From Cirrosporium novae-zelandiae (lineage: Eukaryota), in assembly GCA_026023565.1 (NCBI GenBank), contig JAPETS010000001.1, forward strand, positions 558,001-622,000: 64,000 nucleotides of DNA, given 5' to 3'. This document shows positions 25,287 through 37,260 of this stretch, piece by piece; position 1 is the stretch's first letter, and each line of letters opens with the position of its first letter. The notes below the pieces were generated by a model, which made no database searches, had not been told where the DNA came from, and saw only the letters and a program-made list of their open reading frames with translations. The translations under genes and the position numbers were made by a program.

Positions 25287-26000
25287 AGTTGCTTCTCCTT
25301 AAAAAGCTAATCATGCCACCATATCGAATCCCGCAGGAGCATCTAGCCATGTTAAGCTCTTTCTATGGCAGTGTACGAACCCAGTTTATTGTTTGACGAG
25401 GATGAAAATTGGTTGGATAACGATTTGGATAATTTAATGATGTACTTTAGTAGATGGTTTTAAAAGTATTTGCATGAGATATGATAGGTAGTGGTTGAGT
25501 AAGGTCTTTGAGGAATACGGTTGGTTGCTATAATTAATGTCGTGATGTCAGTGCCGTATACGGAGAATCACTGACAGGTTTTACAGTACTTTTGCCAACT
25601 CAACAATGATACACAGTAGTCTAATTGGAATTAATAGACTATTAACACCATCTAAAAACTAGATATAGAATTCATGCATCTTTTAAATTACAGCTCAGTG
25701 TCAATCACGTAAATCATCCATTTCATCTTCTCTCAAGTTATGAAATTTACCTTTAAACTCCCTCCTTGACGGTTCTCGGTCTCCCCCCATGACACTTCCG
25801 ATTGCCGCCACATTTTCCCCGTTCCGAATAGAATCGCAACCGTGTTTACTTGTACTTATATATTCATGTCACCTAAAACACCAATACTAGCCTTATAATT
25901 ATATCATGACTAGTTTATATCTTTGACGCTTTTCCTAGAAACAAATTCTGAAAAACTATTTGCGCAAATCTTTGTATCCTCGCAAACCTCAAATAACCTC

Positions 26001-28055
26001 ATGGCTCCAGATATTCCTTCAGCTAAAATAACCCTTGATTATCCCCTCTATTCGGCTGACTTTGATCCACAAAATCATGGCTTCTTACTTGTTGGAGGAG
26101 GAGGTGGTGCAGGACGAAGTGGAGTGTCCAACAAAATTGTGCGCTTTTTCATCTCTCGAACTAGTCTTGATTGCAATCACTAACAAGTACTGTAGACCCT
26201 TCTCGATACCCTACGCAATGAACAGATATCACAGGTCGTCGATGTTGAGCTTTCACGCGATGAAGACTCGGTCATGTCCCTCGCCGCAGTTGAATCCACA
26301 GACTCCTCCATCGCTGCATTTGCCGGCATAAATTCATCGGCCGAAGATTTGGAAGCCGGGAGAAACGAGCATCTAAGAGCATTCCAAATTGATTATCCCC
26401 CGAGGAAGAAGCACGAAAAGGAGAAAAATGGAAAACCCAAGACAGAGAAGAATGAGAATGAAAGCGACGTGAAGGACAGCTCTGAGAGAGCGCTTGAGGT
26501 GCCGAAAGGCATAACGACGGCACTGGGGCGGGCATCACTGTTCACTGCTATCAAACAGGATAGCAAGAGCTCGGACATTGCATATCAAAGGGTTTTGAAA
26601 TTATCACCACCCAGAAGGGATGGCAAATATCGACTTGGGGTGGCAGCGTCAGCATTTGCGCCTACGAACGAAGTTGTTATATTTAATGCCGATCTTAAAA
26701 CGGCCGAGAGCCCTGAAGTACGAGGGAGAATACAGCTACCTGGTAAAGAAGAAGCTGCGGATGTAGATGTTACTGAGAGCGAGGAAGAGGATTTTCATGT
26801 GGCATACTGCACCGATTACGAGGTTTATCTCTACAAAGTGCCACGCGACAGGAGAAGAAAAAGTTCTCTTAAACCGAAATTGCTCTATACCACACCTATT
26901 CCAGATAGTCCTCGACAGCGACCTAAATTTCGCTGCTTGCGCTTCCTCGCTCCCGATCTTCTCCTACTCATGCTGAACAGACCAGGCCGGTCGGGTGTGC
27001 AGCTGCGGGTACTCCGAATTCTTGGTGGTTTGGACGGCGAAGTCATTCTTCGAAAGCAACTTCGAAAATCAACCAAAGCTGCTGTCGGGCTCGATGTCAT
27101 GAGCATACCATCCTCCAGCTCAGCAGACAAGCAAAAACAAATTGCGGTTGCCATCGCCGGCCAAGACATTAGCATTGAGGTCTTCACCATCGACTACAAC
27201 GCCTCGATGGGTCTCTCGAAATTCAAACCCTATGCCTATCTCAAATCCCTCCATCCACATCCCATAACCAAGATATGCTTCTCATATTTCATACCCCCTC
27301 CAAACCCGGTCACCTCCTCGACGCTCCCTCGATCCCTCAAACTCGCATCCGTAAGTATGGGCAACACAGCCATGGTGCACACACTCCCCCTGCGACCCTG
27401 GCCCTCAGGCTCTCACAACCCGCGGTACTTCCTCATCCCCCCAGGCCGATCCGAACTCGCCCAAACAGTTTTCAGCACCATTGTGGCCTTCCTAGTCGTC
27501 ATCTTCTCTGCCTTCCTTCTCCAAGCCTTTACCGAAATCCGCGGGGGCACGCCACCCTACCTGGGCGCGGTCAACTGGCTCAACCCTGGTGTCCGCGATT
27601 GGATCGCAAAACCATACATGTTTGGCAGCAACAACATCCCAAGCCTCGAAAAAGTAAAACCAAACGTGAACCTCAACATCCCCTCCTCCCTCCCAAAAAC
27701 CCACATCCTCCCCCGCTCGCTCCGCCATCTAAGCGACCACCTCCTTTACAACACCCACAACCACCACGACAACGACAACGGCAACGACCCATCCTCCTCC
27801 GAAGAAGACAAAGCCATCCTCGTCCGCGACGAAGGCACAGACCTAACAACCCAAATCGAATCCAAAAAAATCCTAGAAAAGGAAGCACGTTGCTGGGAGG
27901 ATTTAGATGAGGGGGAGAAGGTCGGGTGGAGGAAGCGTCTGGTGGATACGGGTCGGTGGGCTGCGGATGAGGGGGAGACAGTACTGAAGGGGATTTTCTT
28001 TGGGAGTTTGGGTGGGATGGTGGGGCAGGCTGCGCATGCGGGGTTGAGACGTTAG
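26001..28055 (+). CDS. SEC12: Sar1 guanine nucleotide exchange factor Sec12/PREB-like
   Basis: YPLYSADF...LLVGGGGGAGRSGVSNKI K-loop motif, beta-propeller-like body, one TM segment (TIVAFLVVIFSAFLL); intron 26139-26195. Confidence 0.85.
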
Positions 28056-28160
28056 GGGCGTTAGTTTGATTGGTTGGATTAGGGGGGGTTAGGAGGGGGG
28101 GAGGAGTTGGTGGTGTTTGGTGTTTTGGTGTTGGGTGTTACAATGATGGTGTGAAATAGT

Positions 28161-28331
28161 TGAATGAATGGATGAATGAATGAATGAATGAATGGGAGTA
28201 GTAGGGATGAGAATGAGAAAGAAAGATACAGATACGGGTGTTATCGTTATCGATAGTGAAGAAGAAGAAGAAGAAGAAGAAGAAGAGAGATACCGCATCT
28301 TCTCTTCTTCTCTTCTTCTCTTCTTCTCTTC
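28161..28331. repeat. Compound microsatellites: (GAAT)n, (GAA)n, then (TCTTCTCT)-type pyrimidine repeat
   Basis: Directly visible tandem repeats downstream of the Sec12 stop. Confidence 0.9.
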
Positions 28332-29100
28332 TTAAAATGGATGGATGGGATGGATGGAGTCTGAAATTCCAATGCTAATGCCAATGAACTGTTTTTTCTT
28401 CTGGCACTTACCTACCTCCTTAACTATTCTATCCAGCCCCTCTCCCACTCCCAATCCCAATCCTTTCAAACAAATCCATAAATCCACAAATTCACCAAAT
28501 CTACAAGCAGGCACAGAAGAAAAATCCCTACCCTATCCCTATCCCTATACTTCTGAAGCAATTCTCTACATGTACATGGACCATGGCATGGCATGGCATG
28601 CTAAGAAAATCCAAATCCAAATCTAAGAGAGAGATCGAGGGGAGGCATTTTATAGACTAAGACTTTGATTTTATTGATTTTGTTGGATAATATGATATAA
28701 TATAATGATGCTGTTGCATATAGTGATTATTTGAACATGCTGGTTCTATATAGTCCATAAGTGTAAAACCGACCCCCCTTCAGAGTACTTCGGAGTATAG
28801 TCTATAGTCTATCAATTACTATCAAAGGCAAAAGCAAAAGGAACGAAGAATTTATTCCTACTTCTTATATATAAAAGCATGAAGTAACACGTTCATACAT
28901 TTATATGTAATCCAGTGCTTGGTTTGATTTGATTTGATAGGTTGGGAAAAGACATGAGTTGTGTGTTATATATTTCCTTTTCTTATAAAGCATATAACAA
29001 TAACATATCATTCCTATCCCTATATCCTATCCCTCTAACCCTTTTTACCTTCTACTTTCTACCTTCTATTTTTTATTTTTTTTTACTTTCCACTCTCTAT

Positions 29101-29131
<31 letters not shown>

Positions 29132-29481
29132 TTACCCTCTCTATTATTTCTTTCTTTCTACCATCTACCGTCTACCCTCATACCCTCCCTCTCTACCCTA
29201 CCCTACCCTATCCTAACCCCTAGCCCCTTTTTTTTCGAAAAACAAAAAACAAAAAACTTCCCATAGATATCTAAGTATATACAAATTCATAATCCATAAC
29301 TCCCATCTATATGTATATATGTGAAAAAATGTAAAATTTACTCCCATTTTTTAATAATCAATACCCTAGACCTAGGCCTAGACTCAATTAGTGACCTCAC
29401 TGACTTTATTTACTGACTGATCTAGCACACGGCACGGCAACTAAAAACGGAAACCTTAATACTCAATAATTACTACAAACT

Positions 29482-29632
29482 TGTTACGGTTCCCTTTTAG
29501 GTTAGACTATTAGGGTATAGACCCTAGGCTCACCTTATAAGGTGAGCCTCCTCCCTAACCTAGACAACCAACCAACCTAGATATCACCCAAATCAGAATT
29601 TTAGGTATTGTATAACCTAGGGTCCCCTAACA
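29482..29632 (+). repeat. 5' LTR (151 bp)
   Basis: TGTTACGG...CCCTAACA; matches 43316-43466 at all but 8 positions, all transitions. Confidence 0.95.
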
Positions 29633-29634
29633 AA

Positions 29635-29657
29635 TAATAGCAGGACTGAGTTCGATC
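29635..29657 (+). promoter_or_regulatory. Degenerate primer-binding site, probably initiator tRNA-Met
   Basis: TAATAGCAGGACTGAGTTCGATC lies 2 nt after the LTR. Reverting two G>A changes gives TGGTAGC (complement of ...GCUACCA). TTCGATC complements the GAUCGAA T-loop of eukaryotic initiator tRNA. Confidence 0.6.
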
Positions 29658-30300
29658 AGGGATTATTTTGGTTACCAGGATTTCGCCGATTTACTAGAAA
29701 ATTTATTTTTATCACCAGATTTTGCTGTTTTCAGGAATTGATCTGAAATCAGTTCTATTAAAAATAAATATTTTCTGATTTTTATTTTTTTTTCCGCGTT
29801 TCCCTATCCATTTTCATTATTTTCCTAATTCTATTATTTTTTCGGGTAAATCTCAGTTTCTTTAGTATTTTTTTAATAGAAATAAGAAATTCCTGAAAAT
29901 CGGAAATATATTCAGAATTTTCCCTATTTGGAATTTTCAATTTTGAAAATTTCCTACGCTCGATTCGAGTGATAAAATTTTTCGTTTGGATATACAAATC
30001 TTTAATTTTCTAACGTTTTGCTAATTAATCTGAATATTTTTTTTTGAAATTTTTCTATCTGGATATTTATTTTCCAAATTTATGAATTTCTTTTTTTTTT
30101 TATTTTATTTTTTAGATATTTATTTTCCTAGTTTATGAATTTTTTTTTTTATTATTTTATTTTCTATCGATTGTATTTTTTTTTTCTAATATTTCGTTAG
30201 ATAATCTGAGGACGTTTTCCTTTATTATTTTTATATAGAATAATCTATATTTCTTTCTAAAATTATTTAAATCGTTTATCAGCTTATTAAATTTATTAAC

Positions 30301-33300
30301 GAAAAATTTTTTTTTATTGATACGCAAAACGTGTCTCAACAAATATATGAGTTTGAGCCGGCCGCGAGAATAATCGCTGAAAACAATCTCCTTCCTAGCC
30401 CGAACGTAATTATAAGAAAATCAATTAGAACGATAATAAAGGATTTCTGGATTAAAAATCAGGCTACGTTTAATAAATATATTCTTGATTTTGATAGTAA
30501 TATATAAGTTTATCGTACTTTATTTTGATATCAAAATAAATTCAATATATTTTAATAACGTTTTTCTTTTTTGTTTTCTTTTTAGAGGTCGCCGGTATTA
30601 GACCGTTCAGCGGCTCCGGCTATTAACGAAACAGTTGGTGATTCGACCGATCAAAATAATATTTTTATCGGGCTGTCTCGACATATCGAGCAACCTAATT
30701 AAAATCAACGATCTATTTCAATTTCCCAATTACAGCCGCTAAAGCCGGCATTTTCTATTTTTTTAAATACGTTTCTAGTACCTGAATTTAGTAGTTTTAT
30801 TATATATAATTTCTAGTAGAGTTTTATACCTAATAACCAGGATAACCCCCCAGTTTCGAACAATAAGTTTCGAGGACGCTTTCCTACCTCAGATACTCTA
30901 GCCGGGCCAGCGGATTGGGTCTTATATATAAAAAATATAATAAAAGACGTTAGGGCAAATAACGAAACGTTAAAAACAAAGATCGTTAAATTTCGGAAAA
31001 AAAATAGGTCCGGTTTATCTGAACATTTATTGTTTGGTAAATCGGCGCCGAAACCATTATTTTCAATTTCTAAAAAGGCATTTTTTAAGCCCGTCTCAAT
31101 TAGTTATTTTTTCCCTGATATACCCGCGAGCTGGGGCATAGGAGTATACGTTGTAAAGGATGGCAAAATTTTTTACCGACAAATCTATATATTCACGGCT
31201 AGATTTGAAACTAAAACTAGCGTTAGAGATAGGGATATTCTCTAGCGGAATCTAGATAGTTGTTTTTTAAATGAAATACAGTAATAATAGATTTATGAAT
31301 TTTTTAGTTCGACGCGTATTAGTTTTGCAATAGGAGAAAATAGTCTGGAAAAATAATATTCCGCGCTAAAATATCGTTTCGCGATATTACCGACTGCCGT
31401 TTAGGAATATTTTGATTTATTGAAATATATACTGGCTGATATTAAAGCGGGTTTTTCTCTAATTAAATACGTTATTTAAATTTTTGCAGCAGTTAAGCAG
31501 ATCGGGGAAATTAATGAATTTTCTAACGTTATCCGAGTATAGAAAGGTATTAAATTTGTATTCAAATAATTAATCGACGAATTAATCGCCGGTACGATAG
31601 CTGAGCAATTCTAAATTACGTTTTTTATTAAATAGATTAATTAGCGCGATCTCATTCAACGTTTTATCCGGCAGCGGAATTAATACGCCGATCGGTACGG
31701 TTAAGAGATTCCGTAACAGCGTGGTTTTCGTAATTCCTTTTAATAAGACAATCTCCGCCGTTTCTTATATAATAACGCTCGTTTCCCGAATATTTAATAT
31801 TAATTTAGACCGTTTTAGGATAAACGTAATTATCCCTAGAATTCCTATCTACAGCGTTCCGATAGAATATATTAAATATCGGAAAATCGTTTTTATTTTA
31901 TTGATAATCGTTTCCCGTTCTAATAGTAACGCCCACGCCTATTACAGATCGACGACCGTAATAGAATTTTTTATACCGGTTATTTTTTGTAATATCGCCG
32001 CCCAGTCGATAAATAAACCCCGATTAACGCGCCGAATAACCTTTTAAAGTAAACCGACAGACCTTTTAGACCGATATAGGTAACCCAGCAACGTCCGTAT
32101 AATATATTTCGGGTATATAACGCGTCGGCGGAATAAGAAAAATCTGAAGCAGAAATTGATAGATAATAAAACGAGTATCTAAACGCTAGGGTACAATTCG
32201 TTTCGTTAGATAATCACGTGGTTAATTTTAAAAGGTTTTCTTATTTTTCCACCCCAGCAGAATATGAATATACTTTTAGGGAAAAATTCACCCATTCGTT
32301 TTACGTTGATATCCCAAATATCGAATACAGAAATTGTAAAACGTCGTTCGCAAACAATAATTTTTTGTATAAATATTTGAGAGAAGGCTGCGTACGTAAA
32401 AAACGTACTAAATTTCTTTTTTTTTTTTTTAATAAGAAGACTGACGCGCTAGTTAAATAAATTGACGCAAAATTAATAATCGTCGATTTATCTGCCCCTC
32501 CAATACAAGGTAACGGTTATACGTTCAGGAAATAATATTACGCCGAAACGGAAATTCGTTTTTTTTCCGACGCTAATAGTGATAGTTGCTGTATAAATAT
32601 TGGTTATACGGTCACCCTCGGTAATCGTAAATATTTCGAACGGAATATCTCTAATTTTGTAGATAAAATTAAGTTTATAATTAGTTTTATTAACGTCCGG
32701 GGTATCGGTTCAGACGTTTATTAATACGGGGAATATATCGTCTAGAACCTCTTCTTCTTTATTAAAAACGGGAAAATGGCCTATATTTCTGTTGAAATAT
32801 ACGTCGTCGATAATTTCCGAGCCAAACTATTTGTCGGTTTCAATATTTTAGGTTTTTAGGGTATCATTATCAATTATTATAAAAAAATATTTAGTTTCCC
32901 GCGGTATAGAAACGTGTAAGTACGTATTCACGTGGTGCTAAAAAAGAATAGATACAGACGAGCGGTTTTTAATAAAAAAAATCAGATTATTTTTTTTTAT
33001 TCGAAATTAAGTATTTCCGTTAATTTTAATAAATCTTTATTTACTGACCGCGATTATTTTTTTGAATCTAGTTATTATTCGATCGATCTTTATTCCGCCC
33101 TGGTTGACGCGGATTTGATATATATCGAAATATATAATGGTTCCGTATAGACAGTATTTATTCCTGTAAAAACACGTATAGGCGTTATTACCGACTATAA
33201 TCAAAAAAACTGTTAATACGTAAATACGGAAATAGGGTTTTTGGCGAAAATCAGAATTTTTTTCGTGAATACCCAGAAAGATTTTGACGAGCAAAATTAG

Positions 33301-36300
33301 ATTAGAACGGCCTTTTCGGCTCTTTCCGCTGGAGAAACCTATTCTGCAGACACGGACGAGAGCGGCCGTATACGTGAAATAAAACTCCCTAACGGTCTAA
33401 CAATTTACGGCGATACGAATATACCTGAATCTGTTGCCGCACAAATCGCTGGGATCGTTATAAATTTCCCTGAATTTTAGAAGGACCGCGGCAACGTCGT
33501 CGACGTCCCCGAAAATAATTGGTTCCGTATCCCATTTATCGACGGCTGGAAGAAACAAATACTTAGGACAGCCAAAATTTATCCAGTTGATCCTAAAAAC
33601 AGGCAGATTATTGACGAAACATTCGACAAATTATATAACTAAGGCCGGATAAAATAGAATACTAAATCCACCCCGTTTAGCCACCCCGTTTTCGTCGTCT
33701 GGAAAACGATTCATAAAAACGGCGCCGAGCCTAAAAAAAAAAAAAGCGTGGTTATCGATATCAGGGGTTTCAATAAAATCATTTAATCTGATTTATATCC
33801 TATTTTTTTACAATCCGACGTTATTGCTATCGTCAGAAACTGTTTTTTTATTATTACGATAAACTATATTTCTTTTTTCTATCAATAACGAACATACCCC
33901 CAGAATAAATATAAACTCGTCGTCGTTATTTATCGAAACCAGGAACGTTTCAACGTCACCGTTATAAAATATAAAAATTCAGTTTTTTATATCCAACGAA
34001 TAATCGATAGAATAATAAAAAAATATAAAAAATATATTAAAACCTATCTCGACGATTTCGTCGTCGGCTCGGAGACTTTAGAGACATATATACGATATTT
34101 TAAGGATATATTCGCCGACCTACTCGAAATAAATATAGCCCTAAATCCCACCAAATCATTTCTAGGCTACCCTAGCGTCAAATTGCTCGGTCAGAAAATA
34201 AATATTCTAGGGTTTATAATCTCCGAGAACAAATTGCGAGCGATCACTAAACTTACTTTTCCAACGACGCTTAGAAGCCTAGAAATCTATTTAGATTTCA
34301 CCGGCTGGCTGCGCCAATACATTCCTTTCTACGCCCAAATTGCTGAACCGCTTTATCAACGAAAAGTATCCTTATTACGAAATACACGATTCGAAAACGA
34401 TACGAAACGTATTCACCGGAGAACTCTCCGGCTTGAACTGCTTACGGAGGCCGAGAAAATTTTTTTCCGATAATTTCAGGACAGTTTTGCTAGTGCAAAA
34501 ATGCTTATTTATACCGACCCGAATAAAACGTTATATTTCGACGTTGACGTTTCGAAGGAATTCGGAATAGGCGTTATAATATATCATACGAGATATTTAG
34601 TCGCCGATAATAAAATCCTTCCTAAAAACTCGATATTGCCTATCTTTTTCCTGAGTAAGATACTTACTCCGGCTGAGAAAAACTACTGGATAATCGAGCT
34701 CGAGATAGCAGCGATTGTATAGGCAGTCCGCAAAATCAAACATCTAATCGAAACTTCCCCAAAAACGATTATATAGATTGATCACGGCGTAATTACTTCT
34801 ATTTCTACGCAGATTTCGCTGATATCTTTTTTTACAAATAAATTGAATTTAAAACTCGCCTGCGCGTCCGTATATTTGTAATAATTCAATATTTCGGTCC
34901 GGTATAAACCCGGAAAGACGAATATCGTGCCTGATATCCTTTCTCGTTTGTAGAATCTCGTTTTTTTTATCGATTATAACAACTCTATCCTCGACTCTTT
35001 TTTCGTCGATTATACGGCCGCGGGTTACTATTTATATATTGTTTCGTTGGTAGAAATAAATAAGGTTTTTTATAATAAATTAGTTGCTGGATACACAAAA
35101 AATAAGAAATAAACGAAAATTAGAGATGAAATACAGATAAATAAAAAACTCGAATAAATAATATCGCTGTTTTTCCTACTCGTTAAGGGATTAATATATT
35201 ACTGGGATCCGGACGATAAACGTTATCGTTTTTATATCCCCGAGAATCTCGTTCCAGGAGTTTTCGCCTAGGTATATAATAAAGAAGCGTATAGGGGTTT
35301 CTACCGAAGCTATCCACGAGTCACCCAATCATATTTTATTCCCCGGTTAGCGACGCGTTTGCGGGAGTATATTGTATTTTGTCCCGCGTACCGAACTAAT
35401 CAGACTAGGAAATATAAGTTTTATAGCTTTTTGCAACCAATTCTTACTCCGCCGACCCTTTTTTATATAATCACGATCGATTTTATCCTCGCTCTCCCTA
35501 AATTACAGCAAAAATACGATTGTACGATATCTATTACCGATAAATTTTTTAAAATAGTAATTTTGCTGCCAGGAAAAACGAATTATACCGCTAAATAATA
35601 AAGGTCTCGTTTAATTAATAGGCTACGAATAATAAATTGGGGAGTCCCGAAAATTATTATATCCGATCGGGATAGGAAGTTTTTGGCTGAAATCTGGCGA
35701 ACGATATTTGTACGTTTTAAAATCGAGCTGTTTTATTTTACAGCCTACCACCCGCAGGCGGATAGCCAATCAGAAAAATCAAATCAGAGCCTCGAAATCT
35801 CGTTTCGTTTCCTGATCCCTTGCCTGCTAAAACCGAGCGATTGGCCTACGATTTTTCCTTAATTGCAGATTATATATTTCACTAATATTTCTATTATAAC
35901 CGGCAGATCTTTTAATAAAATTATTTACGGTTTCCGAATCAGGGAAAACTTTAATATTGATATTCTAAATATTGTTATACCTAAAAATTTATTCGACGCT
36001 AATAGAGGGGTGGCTTAACAGGAAATTCAGGACGTTTTAACGATAGCCGCGATGACTGCCAAAAAATATTACGATAAAACGTATACGGCAATATATCTTA
36101 AATCAGGGGATTTCGTTTATTTAAAACTGTATAAAAAATACAATATTTTCTCTATTTTAAATAAGAAGTTTTTTTTATAATACGCGGGGTTTTTTCGGAT
36201 TCTTGAACGTGTCGGCTAATTAATATATAGATTGGAATTACTAATTTATTAACGTATTTATAACGTTTTTTCGATTATATATCTTAAGCCCGTCCTAGGC

Positions 36301-36747
36301 GAGAATCTATATAATCGTACGCTTTTAGCGTTTCCGGAAAATATTTTTATAAACGCCGGAAATAAAATTAAATTATATAATATCGAACGTTTCGTCGATA
36401 AACGCGTTAAACGTTTCGATAGAGGACGTACGAAAATAATAGAGTATTTAATTAAATAGAAAAATTATAGTCCGGAATAGAATACCTGGTATAGTACCAA
36501 TAAACTAAAGAATATCGACGAGCTCGTATAAAATTACGAAATGACGCAAACCGTACGAAAAGATTTTACCCCGGATAATAGATTAGCGGCTAATAACGCG
36601 CTCGAAATAATAATATTTATCGAAAATGACGTAGTTATTAACGCGCCCGGGCCAGCGAAACGGCCTGGCCGTCCCCGAATCCATCTATTTCCCGACCCAG
36701 ACGCGCTAAAACGACCTCGAGGTCGTCCTAGGAAGAACCCGGTTTGA
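30301..36747 (+). pseudogene. RIP-mutated gag-pol polyprotein (5' boundary approximate)
   Basis: ORF fragments at 31030, 32218, 32932, 34183, 34501, 35359 and 36541 share one frame. Protease CINIGY (from DTG) ~32590; RT YLDD 34045-34056; RNase H DVDVSKEFG/AEKNYW..ELE; integrase ISDRD and TAYHPQAD.QSE ~35660-35775; chromodomain ~36375-36495; many TAA/TAG stops. Confidence 0.92.
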
Positions 36748-37260
36748 AAGAAAATTGGGTATTTGGAATATTAGGACGCCGCGGGAAATAGACAGTTGGG
36801 GCCTTTAATCGAAATCGAATAAAAATTGAAACGTGATTTTTTTTTTCTGCGTATTTCTATGAAATTCTTTTTAGCGGTAGGGAAATCAAGTATTTCTCGA
36901 TATATAGTTTCCTGGGCGATTTTGTATAATAATGATGATAATAATGATTATTCATTGTTTTATATCTATATACCGCTTAGAAGCTATGACGGACTCTACT
37001 CGGGGGTTTTTAGACCCTTTCATATCCCTTTTCGGGCTTATTTTTAGCTAAAATGGTAGAGATCACCCCCCTGGTTCGGCTATATAGCTTCCCCCCTTTT
37101 TTGGGTTTCCTAGAATCACCTAATTTATTTAATTGGATAATCTTTTAGCGCTATTTCGGTGTTCGTAGCCTATAAATAGGCCCACTCGCACCTATTTTCG
37201 ATTTTTTCAGTTCTTGCTCTCGCATACGCTCACCCCGCGTATCTATTACGGACCCCGTTT

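Noticed and set aside
28942..29223. Hydrophobic 93-aa ORF as a membrane protein
   Set aside because: Product of (TTTTAC)n and pyrimidine-rich low-complexity DNA, with a non-ATG start.
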